Below, in pieces: positions 9,263 through 17,428 of a stretch of DNA of 64,000 nucleotides. A model generated the notes under the pieces. The model made no database searches and was not told the origin of the DNA. It saw nothing but the letters and a program-made list of their open reading frames with translations. The DNA comes from Minisyncoccota bacterium (GTDB lineage Bacteria; Patescibacteriota; Minisyncoccia; Phycocordibacterales; UBA6065), in assembly GCA_041661645.1 (NCBI GenBank), contig JBAZUA010000001.1, positions 125,074-189,073 on the forward strand, read 5' to 3'. The stretch's first letter is position 1. Each line of letters begins with the position of its first letter. The position numbers and the translations under genes are program-made.

Positions 9263-9814
9263 CTAGCTTAAAATCTCCTTTTCCTTCTTGTCCATGAGGT
9301 CGGCGAGCTTCTTGTTCGCCTCGTCAACGAGCTTCTGGACGTCCGCCTTGAAGCGGAACTTCTCGTCCTCGCCCATGCCACCCTCCTTCTCGAGGGCGTC
9401 AATGTCGGAATTAGCCTCGTCGCGGAGCTTCCTGATCTGGATCTTGGCCTGTTCGAGCTTCTCCTTAGTCGACTTCACTATCTCGACGCGTCGCTCGCCG
9501 GTCAGCTCGGGAAAGGAGACACGAACGCCCTTGTCATCGACGGAAACCGAAAGGCCGAGATTGGCAACGACAATAGACTTCTCGATTGCCTTGACCAAGC
9601 TGTTGTCCCAAGGATTGACGCGTATGGTCAAGGGACCTTCGTTCAGGATGCTCGCCACCTGATTGAGGGGAACGTCAGATCCATATGACTCGACATGCAC
9701 ACTGTCGAGTATGGCGGGGTTAGCGCGGTTGGTGCGAATGCTCGAAAGCTCCTTCTGGAGCCAGGCTTCGGTTGAGGCTATGTCTGCCTTAATTTTGGTG
9801 AAATTGTATTGCAT
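9263..9814 (-). CDS. frr: Ribosome recycling factor
   Basis: ORF 9263..9832. The likely start MQYNFTKIK is at 9814. Typical RRF length and a charged helical C-terminus. Confidence 0.9.
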   Translation of the reverse strand: MQYNFTKIKADIASTEAWLQKELSSIRTNRANPAILDSVHVESYGSDVPLNQVASILNEGPLTIRVNPWDNSLVKAIEKSIVVANLGLSVSVDDKGVRVSFPELTGERRVEIVKSTKEKLEQAKIQIRKLRDEANSDIDALEKEGGMGEDEKFRFKADVQKLVDEANKKLADLMDKKEKEILS

Positions 9815-9965
9815 ATGGGGAAATGATATCACGAAATCAAAAGTCGAGGAGCTTTACTTAGTGTGATGATTATAGTCGAGCGGGGTATTTTAATATTACT
9901 TTATGAGGAAAGGAATCGGCCTGTTTTAAAATAACAAGCGACGGAGATTGGTAGCCTCTCGTCTT

Positions 9966-10035
9966 GGGCATGCTGGTGGCTCAGGCCTCCGGTCTTACCA
10001 CCCGGAGGATGCGGGTTCGATCACCGCCATGTCCA
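9966..10035 (+). ncRNA. tRNA-like element (atypical tRNA or pseudo-tRNA) on the strand antisense to the flanking genes
   Basis: The 7-bp acceptor-like pairing GGGCATG/CATGTCC contains one G-U. The T-arm-like GCGGG-TTCGATC-ACCGC carries a canonical T-loop but a G:A at the 53:61 position. A 7-bp stem CCTCCGG/CCGGAGG has a 9-nt loop TCTTACCAC. No clean D-arm is present and the anticodon is ambiguous. Confidence 0.3.
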
Positions 10036-10098
10036 TACGGACACTTGAAAAATGATAAAAAGCGTCTATCATTAACCGTGGTGGTAAGACCGGAGGCC
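9984..10098. repeat. Perfect 19-bp inverted repeat (ggcctccggtcttaccacc at 9984-10002; reverse complement at 10080-10098)
   Basis: Read directly. The first arm overlaps the anticodon-like stem of the tRNA-like element. Confidence 0.8.
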
Positions 10099-10103
10099 AA
10101 AGC

Positions 10104-10135
10104 CGCACGATTGCTCGTGCGACTTTGCTTTTATA
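10104..10135 (+). terminator. Rho-independent terminator (cgcacga-ttgc-tcgtgcg followed by ctttgcttttat)
   Basis: The hairpin with its 3' T-rich tract is oriented for plus-strand transcripts. It implies a non-coding plus-strand transcription unit ending here. Confidence 0.65.
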
Positions 10136-10143
10136 TACAAAAA

Positions 10144-11292
10144 CTAGAGTCCGTATGGCGCAGAATTCTTCCCGAGCACCGACGCCTTCAGTATCCCCGT
10201 GATCTTCTGGGCGTCCGCGAGACTCACGCCGAGGATTATGATCCCTGGGAATATCGTCCTCGTGCCGCGACCGACCCTGACGACGGTGGGCGCAGTGGCG
10301 TTCTCGATGCGCACGCTCGCCAGGCCGAAGACTCGCTCGAGAATGCCCTGCCTGACCGTGACGTCCTGTATGGACGAGTACGGCATGTGCTTCTCGGATA
10401 TGCTCAGAACGCCCGACTTGAAATAGATGTGCTCGGGAGTGAAGTCAAAGGAATAGTTGGACTTCCAGAGGAAAAAGCCGATCAGGTGAAATGCGAGGAC
10501 GAGGACGGCGAATGCCACGAGGGCGAACAGCATCTGGACAGGGTACAGCGACACGAATCCCGCAACAACGGTGCTCAAGGGAATGGCGAGGAGGGCCAAC
10601 AGGGCCAAAGACCCGATAACCCTCGTGAATATCTGAAGGGTGACCCATGTGCCCGAGAGAGGATAGACGACGCTCGATATTTTTTCGCTGATAGAAAACG
10701 GCGCTGAAGCAGATGCGGGCGTGGGGGCAGCCATAGTCTGTGCCGGCTGCGCGCCTCCCTGCTGAGGGCGGGCGAACTTGTCGAAGAGGAACCTCTTGAG
10801 GCCCTCGGCGGCCTCCTTGTCCACGCCGTCTATGTGGGCCTCGATGCCCGATGCCGCGGTGGCGCTCGCTATATGCACGTCATAGATGCCAAACACCCGA
10901 TCAAGTATGTCCTGATCGACATACACGTCCTGCACCTTCTGATACTGCACATGTATCTCGGACGGGGTGAACACGCCCTTCTGTATGGTCAGATACATGT
11001 CCTCGCCGGCATAGAGGTACCTGCGTATATAGGAGCGGACATAGAGGGCGTAGATGCCCAGCACGATGCAGAACGGCACGACGAGGGTGAGGGAGATCGA
11101 TCCGGCGATTGAGAGCAGTCCACCCAAAATATTTTCCTTGAGGAAGGCCCCCATCGAGAAGGCGACCGGGCCGAGGGCGATGTATACGAAAAGCGCAATC
11201 AAAAGGAGCTTCCATGCCACGACGAGCATCTTCTTCCAGAATTTTCTCGGACTAAGTGGAAACTTCTTCTGCAAATCGCTCTGTGGTTTCAT
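10144..11292 (-). CDS. Membrane protein with two bacterial PH (bPH_2/YdbT-like) domains
   Basis: 382 aa. Two hairpin-TM segments are each followed by a domain with the G(I/L)xxRVFG(I/L) signature (DILDRVFGIYDVHIASA; GILERVFGLASVRIENA). Confidence 0.7.
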   Translation of the reverse strand: MKPQSDLQKKFPLSPRKFWKKMLVVAWKLLLIALFVYIALGPVAFSMGAFLKENILGGLLSIAGSISLTLVVPFCIVLGIYALYVRSYIRRYLYAGEDMYLTIQKGVFTPSEIHVQYQKVQDVYVDQDILDRVFGIYDVHIASATAASGIEAHIDGVDKEAAEGLKRFLFDKFARPQQGGAQPAQTMAAPTPASASAPFSISEKISSVVYPLSGTWVTLQIFTRVIGSLALLALLAIPLSTVVAGFVSLYPVQMLFALVAFAVLVLAFHLIGFFLWKSNYSFDFTPEHIYFKSGVLSISEKHMPYSSIQDVTVRQGILERVFGLASVRIENATAPTVVRVGRGTRTIFPGIIILGVSLADAQKITGILKASVLGKNSAPYGL

Positions 11293-11297
11293 GGTGA

Positions 11298-11972
11298 TTA
11301 CGGCTTATTATTAAAATCGAGAAGGCAGACTCTTTCCAGGATAAGCTTTATAGACGGCGCCCGATCCTTGAGATACGGGACAAGAGAAAGGATTTCCCGT
11401 ATCGCCGCGACGCGGGCAGACGACGCCTTTTCGAGACCCTTTCCACGCAATTCTTCCACCAGCGCCAAGAGAAAGACCTCGGCCTTCGCCTTGTCCTTCT
11501 CCTCTATCATCCCCGCCACAAAGGCCAGACGATCCCTGAGCGACGACGCCACGAATTTCTTTGCATCCTCGCCAACGGCCGCCACAAGCGACGACGGGTG
11601 GGCGATGATGATGACTCGCGATCGCAGCGTCGGCAGAAGGATTCGGCGAGACGAGGAGATAATGAAAAAGTGCGTGCCGGGAGTCGGCTCCTCGAACACC
11701 TTGAGGAGCGAGTTCTGTGCCTCGCTCGTCATGGAATCCGCGGCGACGATAAATATCTTCCTATCCCCCGCTATCGGCCTGACCGCCTGCATCTCCTGAA
11801 GGCCCCGCCCATCGTCGATGCCAAAGGATTCGTATTCCGCGTAATGCACGTCGGGATGACCTTGGCGAACGATGCCGAAGGAGTCGTTCAGAAACGACTC
11901 AATGTCGGCGAGCACAGCAACGCGCTCGCCCTCGATGAAATATGCGTGATGGAGGGAGTCTTTGTCGAACAT
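11298..11972 (-). CDS. holB: DNA polymerase III delta-prime-like clamp-loader subunit (no P-loop)
   Basis: The ORF reaches 12080. An internal start MFDKDSLHHAYFIEGE at 11972 gives about 224 aa. It carries HAYLF-like and NSLLKVFEEPTPGTHFFIISSSRRILLPTLRSRV (sensor/SRC-like) motifs. Confidence 0.7.
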   Translation of the reverse strand: MFDKDSLHHAYFIEGERVAVLADIESFLNDSFGIVRQGHPDVHYAEYESFGIDDGRGLQEMQAVRPIAGDRKIFIVAADSMTSEAQNSLLKVFEEPTPGTHFFIISSSRRILLPTLRSRVIIIAHPSSLVAAVGEDAKKFVASSLRDRLAFVAGMIEEKDKAKAEVFLLALVEELRGKGLEKASSARVAAIREILSLVPYLKDRAPSIKLILERVCLLDFNNKP

Positions 11973-12106
11973 GGTAATAGTATAGCAAAAACAATTTCTG
12001 AAAATATAAAGAAGGCGACCATCCGTACTTCGCACGCAAACCATCACCAAAAACACCACAAAGAAAAAACCGGCCCCCACTTGCGTGTGGACCGGTCTTG
12101 AACAAC

Positions 12107-14047
12107 CTATACTTTACCAAGGAACTTATCCCAACCAGGCCAGCCTTTATTTTTGTAATAGGCCGATGGATCAGCAGGAAGACTGTCATCCCCTTCATAC
12201 CCTTTCCTGTAATGACTGGCCGAACATATTCCCATGCTAATCGCAGCCTGGGACGCAGACTTCCAATCAGCATAATGAACCTTTTTCTTCTTTCCAAGAA
12301 ACACATACGATCCGGGAAAATCAGCATAATGTTTCGAGGGGTCAGGATGCAAGCGGGGATCTTTCCTCCACAGCATCCTGTAGCTTTGGTCCATATTTTT
12401 AACTCCGAGTCTGATTGCGGCCGCACTCGCTTCCTGCCACGTGAGATAATAATCACGAGTTCTTCCAGAAAGAAACTCAGGCCAATCTGGAAAATCCTTA
12501 TACACCTGTTCTGGCGCTGAGGGCAACATGGGGTCCTCCTGATACCTAACGCTATATTCCTTGCAAGTTTTTATATCCAACTTTCTCGCTGCTGAAGCGG
12601 CGAGAATCCATGTGGAATACCTTTTCCTAGACTTGCCAAGACCTCCGCGCAAAAACACATCGTATCCTGGGAAATCCTCATAGACATTATGAGGCTTACT
12701 GGGTAGCTTTGGATTATCTCGGTAGGCTTTCCAGTACTCCCTGGCTGTTTTGCAGCCCAAGAGTTTAGCGGCTTCGCTCGCCTCTTCCCATGTGGGATAG
12801 AATTCTGCCCTCAGCCGACCTATGAGCTCGAGGAGTGGCAATACGCGCTCCTTGAACTCAACCGTATCGACACTAAGGTTGAATGGTTCGATTTGACTCT
12901 CCCCATTTTCCTCATTTTGTCCGAATTCAGGGGTTTTTCGAACGAATGCTCTTTGACTACGAACCTCCTGCCACAGATCGTAGACGACGGAGATGCGCTC
13001 GCAGTTCCCGACGAAGTCGAGCACCACGACCTTCTCCTTGTCCTCGTGAGGGCGAAGCCCGCGACCGAGCTGCTGGAGGAATATGGTCGGCGAGTCCGTC
13101 GACCGCAGGAAGACGATGATGTTCGCCTGCGGTATGTCGAGGGCCTCGTTGAACATGTCCACCGTCACCGCCACCTGAAACACCCCTTGTCGGAATAGCT
13201 CCAGCCGCGTGCGACGATCGTTCCTCGAGAGCTTCGAGTGGATCGGGACTGCCCCGGGTATGGCCTTCGCCATGTGCTCGCAGTGCTTGACCGTCGAGCA
13301 GTAAACGATGACCTTGGGGTTCTGAACCTCACCCATGTGACGGCTGATGATGGATGCGATCTCCTCATCCCGCTTGGGAACGAATATCGTCCTATTGAGC
13401 AGGCCGATGCTCATCTGACCCTGCGGGGTGTCGAAGACCTCCCTCGAGTTTATCTCGTCCGTCATGAGCTTATACTCGACGGGACAGAGCAGCCCTCGGG
13501 CAAGGGCGTCCACGAGAGAGAGGTTGTAAACCTCTTCCCCGTAGATATCCCTGATGTCCTTGCCGTCGCCCCTGCCCGGCGTCGCAGTGATGCCGAGCAG
13601 GAAGCTTGGGGTGAAATACCTGACGACCCTCTCAAAGGTCTCGGCGAGGACGTGATGCGTCTCGTCGACGACGATCCGATCGAACTCGCCCGGACTGAAC
13701 TGGTCGAGGTTATTCCTCATGGTCTGAAAGGAGGCGAACACCACCTGGGCGTCTGCCGTCTTCTCGAACCCGTGGAAGAACCCGCACCTGACCTTGCTTC
13801 CAAGGACCTTTATGAACTCCCCCTGCGCCTGCTCCAGAATGTCGTTCTGGTGGCAGAGGAAGAGGCACCTGGACTCCTTGTTTGTGTTGAGGTGCGCCCT
13901 GATGTCGAGCGCAGCCATTATGGTCTTTCCGAGGCCACTCGCCATTATCGCGAGAGCCGCTTTCCTGCCGCTCTCCCTGGCCAGTCTGAGTGCCCCGAGG
14001 CAGTCATATTGGTAAGGGAAAGGAATGATTTCCGATAATACAGTCAT
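12107..14047 (-). CDS. SF2 (ResIII/DEXH-type) helicase with four C-terminal ~52-aa tandem repeats
   Basis: 646 aa. Motifs PYQYD (Q motif), ASGLGKT (Walker A), VVDETHH (motif II), ITATPGR (motif III) and a helicase-C arginine finger QQLGRGLR are present. The C-terminal 215 aa hold 4 repeats of the pattern W..A..AA..LG.........Y.....LP..P...Y.DFPGW..FLG. Confidence 0.8.
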   Translation of the reverse strand: MTVLSEIIPFPYQYDCLGALRLARESGRKAALAIMASGLGKTIMAALDIRAHLNTNKESRCLFLCHQNDILEQAQGEFIKVLGSKVRCGFFHGFEKTADAQVVFASFQTMRNNLDQFSPGEFDRIVVDETHHVLAETFERVVRYFTPSFLLGITATPGRGDGKDIRDIYGEEVYNLSLVDALARGLLCPVEYKLMTDEINSREVFDTPQGQMSIGLLNRTIFVPKRDEEIASIISRHMGEVQNPKVIVYCSTVKHCEHMAKAIPGAVPIHSKLSRNDRRTRLELFRQGVFQVAVTVDMFNEALDIPQANIIVFLRSTDSPTIFLQQLGRGLRPHEDKEKVVVLDFVGNCERISVVYDLWQEVRSQRAFVRKTPEFGQNEENGESQIEPFNLSVDTVEFKERVLPLLELIGRLRAEFYPTWEEASEAAKLLGCKTAREYWKAYRDNPKLPSKPHNVYEDFPGYDVFLRGGLGKSRKRYSTWILAASAARKLDIKTCKEYSVRYQEDPMLPSAPEQVYKDFPDWPEFLSGRTRDYYLTWQEASAAAIRLGVKNMDQSYRMLWRKDPRLHPDPSKHYADFPGSYVFLGKKKKVHYADWKSASQAAISMGICSASHYRKGYEGDDSLPADPSAYYKNKGWPGWDKFLGKV

Positions 14048-14132
14048 GTTTTTCTCCTGGTTGAATTTTCAAAGTTTCTAACTTGAACATAATCATGAAA
14101 AGCGCTTAAAGTCAATCAACCCGCTTGACCAA

Positions 14133-14188
14133 AGACTGTCAGTGATGCAATATCAGCCGTAGAAACAGAAACCAGAAGCTGACAGTCC
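14133..14188. promoter_or_regulatory. Inverted repeat (a)gactgtcag ... ctgacagtc(ct), 9-10 bp arms and 36-nt spacer, just upstream of the sigma-like gene start
   Basis: Read directly. It lies in the divergent promoter region between the helicase (minus) and the sigma-like gene (plus). Candidate operator or 5' UTR hairpin. Confidence 0.3.
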
Positions 14189-14199
14189 TTTTACACAAT

Positions 14200-15855
14200 A
14201 TGAACCCTAAAATCACACTGACGTCGGCAACATTGCCGACGCTGCTTGAGGCGATCAGCGCATCGCTGTCCCCCCATGCAATACCGACGCTAATCGGGGC
14301 GTTTGAGAGAAAATCAATATCCACCGGAACCATAGCAAAGCTTCTTTTACCGAAAGCCCGAAAGGGCTCAACATTTAGGAATGCAATGCTGATACTTAGT
14401 CGCGTGTTCCGTGAGTATGGTGTCGAAGTAACCTTTGACGTCATAAGCGCGGAACCGCCCGAAGGAGTCTTAGCCAAGACTCCTCAAGCCGAGGAGAGTG
14501 AGAAAATAGCACTCCCGCGGATATCAACGAAAAAGGCCCCGAAAGTAAATGAACGTGGTGAAGAAAGGCGGGCGTATGACTCAAACGGTCTTCTCGGCAT
14601 TTATATGCGAGAGGCCATGGGTCACGGGCTGCTGACAGAAGAGGAGGAGCGAGATCTCGGTATTCGATCCTTTGACCACAAGGATATCGAGGCCCGAAAC
14701 AAACTCGTGCTTCACTGCCTGAGGCTCGTCGTGTTCACGGTCAACAAATACAGGACCCCCAAGCTGAGATTCGCTGACGCTATCCTCTCGTGCAACGGTG
14801 TTCTCATGGATGTGATAGGTGAATTCAATCCGAGAATGGGTCGCCTCTCCACGTTCCTCATGCAAAGCATGAGGAACGAAATCCTGAAACACGTAGATCA
14901 CAAAGGTCTGACAAAAAAAATCAGGCTCAGGAACGCGGCGGAGCACGTATCTATCCAAAGCACAGAATACCAGGACGTGCTTACGAGCACGGGAAGCTGT
15001 GATACCGAAGCGGTACTCAGGGCATCGGAGTCCCTCGAGGAACTATCAATCGAGATACGGAGGCTCGTGTCGAACGTGTATCAGCTTGAGACGGTCAGGG
15101 AAAATGACAAGACGGCATTCTTCGAATATCACGGACTCGAGGGAAATCCCCCGGGGGCAACCCTCGAGAGCGTAAGTAGAAAATACGGTGTTACTCGGGA
15201 ACGAATCCGCCAGATGGTTAATCATGTTTGGCGAACCCTGGCTCGGAAAGAAGTAAGGTTTGACGACAGATCTCTGACTCGAACCCTCCTGTTGATACCC
15301 ATGCTCGAGAGACAGGCGGGGTTTGAGGCAAATCTCAGGCCCACTCTCGAAGATAATGCGTTCACTAGATACGGACTCGCTGATGAGGAAAAGAACCTGG
15401 TAAAAACCATGACCGGTGGACGCCCCCGCACCGAGAAGAACAAAAAGATTCTCGTGTCTATCGAAAAGAAATGCGGGCCTGATTTAGGGGACATGGTCAA
15501 ACCAGCTCAAAATCTCAAGAGTCAAGAGCGCGCAGGCCTCTCGGCAACAGAGAAAAAAGCTGGCGAGACACTCCTCGAAATCACCTCAGGAATGCTGGGG
15601 ATGTCATCAGGGGAGGCTCTCTCCTCCAAACATCGCGGTTATGCCACCGTAGCCCGGCGTGCAGTGGTCCTTATCCTACACAAAAGTCACGGATGGAGAA
15701 TCGAGAGTATTGAGGAGTTAATCGGCAAGAAAATGCTGTGTCTAGTTTTAGAAAAAGCGCAGCAGGAGTTTGAGATAAACGAATCATTCAGGATGTTTAT
15801 CAAAGAAATCGAAACTCGATTCGCGACAGTCATCAATGAGGCGCCGACGAAATAA
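14200..15855 (+). CDS. Sigma-70 family RNA polymerase sigma factor, atypical, with N- and long C-terminal extensions
   Basis: 551 aa. Region 2 LRLVVFTVNKYRTP...GVLMDVIGEFNPRMGRLSTFLMQSMRNEILK parallels LRLVVSIAKRY...[29 protein letters not shown]. Region 4.2 reads ATLESVSRKYGVTRERIRQMVNHVWRTLAR. An extra roughly 190 aa lie C-terminal of region 4. Confidence 0.75.
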   Translation: MNPKITLTSATLPTLLEAISASLSPHAIPTLIGAFERKSISTGTIAKLLLPKARKGSTFRNAMLILSRVFREYGVEVTFDVISAEPPEGVLAKTPQAEESEKIALPRISTKKAPKVNERGEERRAYDSNGLLGIYMREAMGHGLLTEEEERDLGIRSFDHKDIEARNKLVLHCLRLVVFTVNKYRTPKLRFADAILSCNGVLMDVIGEFNPRMGRLSTFLMQSMRNEILKHVDHKGLTKKIRLRNAAEHVSIQSTEYQDVLTSTGSCDTEAVLRASESLEELSIEIRRLVSNVYQLETVRENDKTAFFEYHGLEGNPPGATLESVSRKYGVTRERIRQMVNHVWRTLARKEVRFDDRSLTRTLLLIPMLERQAGFEANLRPTLEDNAFTRYGLADEEKNLVKTMTGGRPRTEKNKKILVSIEKKCGPDLGDMVKPAQNLKSQERAGLSATEKKAGETLLEITSGMLGMSSGEALSSKHRGYATVARRAVVLILHKSHGWRIESIEELIGKKMLCLVLEKAQQEFEINESFRMFIKEIETRFATVINEAPTK

Positions 15856-15862
15856 GTGCAAG

Positions 15863-15896
15863 GCCGCCCGATATTCATATCGAGGCGGCTTTTTTC
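15863..15896 (+). terminator. Rho-independent terminator (11-bp interrupted stem gccgcc-cgata/tatcg-a-ggcggc followed by a 6-T run)
   Basis: Lies immediately after the sigma-like gene stop. Confidence 0.7.
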
Positions 15897-16030
15897 ATGC
15901 TTTGGACCTTATGCCTGGTGGAGGGACTCCCTATTGAACATGCCGATAATATACCAAAAGAAATGGCCCCGCTTCCGACTTGACTTTGCCTGTCCGAAGA
16001 ATAACCTTATGAAAAAGCACCTCAATATCC

Positions 16031-16249
16031 ATGAAAACAATCGAGACCCTCGCACTGCGAGCGCTCTGGGTAATTACCCTCTGCGCAAAACCCTTCCTGC
16101 CGGAGACCAATCCCTTCAAACGCATGTCGTTCAGACAGTTCCAACTCGGCAGAAGCGATTTCGCGGTCGATCTGGGGATAATCCTGCTCATATGCCTTGT
16201 GTGTGCCGGGAAAGGCCTCTGGCTGCTCGTGGAAATCCTCAACCGATGA
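16031..16249 (+). CDS. Small hydrophobic protein (72 aa), hypothetical
   Basis: A TTGACT-N16-TAACCT candidate promoter lies about 50 nt upstream. A strong terminator follows 16 nt after the stop. The overlapping 164-aa ORF 15856..16350 looks non-proteinaceous. Confidence 0.3.
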   Translation: MKTIETLALRALWVITLCAKPFLPETNPFKRMSFRQFQLGRSDFAVDLGIILLICLVCAGKGLWLLVEILNR

Positions 16250-16265
16250 CGCCACGCTCGAGACA

Positions 16266-16297
16266 AGACAAGCCGCCGATCGGGCTTGTCTTTTTTA
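16266..16297 (+). terminator. Rho-independent terminator (gacaagcc-N8-ggcttgtc followed by TTTTTTATTT)
   Basis: Read directly. Confidence 0.65.
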
Positions 16298-16396
16298 TTT
16301 CACACTACACATCGGGCGGGCCGAAGTCGTGGACGGCACTTCTGCTATAATGAAAACCTTAGTAAAAGCGACGGACGCCGGAGACCTAACAACACC

Positions 16397-16969
16397 ATGA
16401 AAAACGGACTGAAGATACTCATAGCCGCCGACGCCTTCGGCAACCTCGCACTCGGCATGATAGGCCCCATCTACGCCATCTTCGTGGGAAAGATAGGGGG
16501 CGACATACTCGATGTCGGCTGGGCCTATTTTGTCTTCACGTTCACCTCGGGGATAGTGCTCTACATGATCAGCAGATGGGAGAACAGGATAGCCCACAAG
16601 GAAAGGCTCGTCGTGATTGGCTATCTGATAAACGCCCTGGGCTGCCTCCTCTACTTTTTCGTCGACTCGCAGATGGCCCTTCTGGCCGTGCAGGTGGTCC
16701 TCGGCGTCGGCGTGGCCATTGTCAGCCCGGCCTTCGATGCCATCTACTCCCATTATGTGAACTCGGAAAGGGAGGCCTCCGACTGGGGTGCCTGGGAGGC
16801 CATGGGGTATTTCGTCGCTGCCCTGGGGGCGATCGCGGGAAGCGTGGTGGCAAACTCGTTCGGGTTCCATGCGCTCTTCCTCTGCATGTCGGTGGCGGCC
16901 GCCACGGGCGCGCTCATATCATTCTTCCTCTTCGATAGCGTGAGATATCTCGGCTCCTCCAAGCTTTAA
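16397..16969 (+). CDS. Half-size (6-TM) MFS-like membrane protein
   Basis: 190 aa from MKNGLKILIAADAFGNLALGMIGPIYAIFVG. Six predicted TM helices resemble one MFS half. A truncated remnant is possible. Confidence 0.55.
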   Translation: MKNGLKILIAADAFGNLALGMIGPIYAIFVGKIGGDILDVGWAYFVFTFTSGIVLYMISRWENRIAHKERLVVIGYLINALGCLLYFFVDSQMALLAVQVVLGVGVAIVSPAFDAIYSHYVNSEREASDWGAWEAMGYFVAALGAIAGSVVANSFGFHALFLCMSVAAATGALISFFLFDSVRYLGSSKL

Positions 16970-16983
16970 CTTAAAACGCCACT

Positions 16984-17304
16984 CTATGCCTGAAGAGACT
17001 GTCCCGCCATTTTGTTGAGCTCTATCTGGATGAGGATCATGGCGACCGGCGCGATCACGAGATACAGGAGGAACCAGAGGATCGGACTGTTGTCCTTCTT
17101 TACGAAGACAGAGAACCCCTCCGAGTAGCGATAGAAGAAATAGAGGTTGGCTATCGGTATGATGACGAGCCAGGCCGTGGGAATCTTGGCCCCAAGCCCA
17201 TTTATCTCCCCTTTCGTCCTTACCGTCCAATAGAGTCCGTATAGGCCGAAGGTAATGAAGGAGAGGATGATGACGAGCGCCGGGTTACGATGTTTTATGT
17301 TCAT
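16984..17304 (-). CDS. DUF4234-family small membrane protein
   Basis: Contains ILSFITFGLYGLYW, the hallmark of DUF4234. The internal start MNIKHRNPALVIIL is at 17304. Confidence 0.6.
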   Translation of the reverse strand: MNIKHRNPALVIILSFITFGLYGLYWTVRTKGEINGLGAKIPTAWLVIIPIANLYFFYRYSEGFSVFVKKDNSPILWFLLYLVIAPVAMILIQIELNKMAGQSLQA

Positions 17305-17428
17305 GATGCCTCCAGTATAGCAAAATACCACCGTGAGTCGTACAATCTCCTTTTGCCACACTGTTATGCGAGTTTTTTACCATACCACCGCGCTATACTT
17401 TAAAAAGAATTATGCTTTCGCAATGAAT

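Noticed and set aside
9964-10707. 247-aa plus-strand ORF starting in the tRNA-like region
   Set aside because: It runs antisense through the bPH_2 gene. Its composition (Arg/Pro/Gly-rich) is typical of spurious GC-rich ORFs. The plus-strand terminator at 10104-10135 would end transcription before most of it.
15856-16350. 164-aa plus-strand ORF after the sigma-like gene
   Set aside because: It starts inside the sigma gene terminator and spans a second terminator. The sequence is Arg/Pro-rich and non-protein-like. The in-region 72-aa hydrophobic ORF is more credible.
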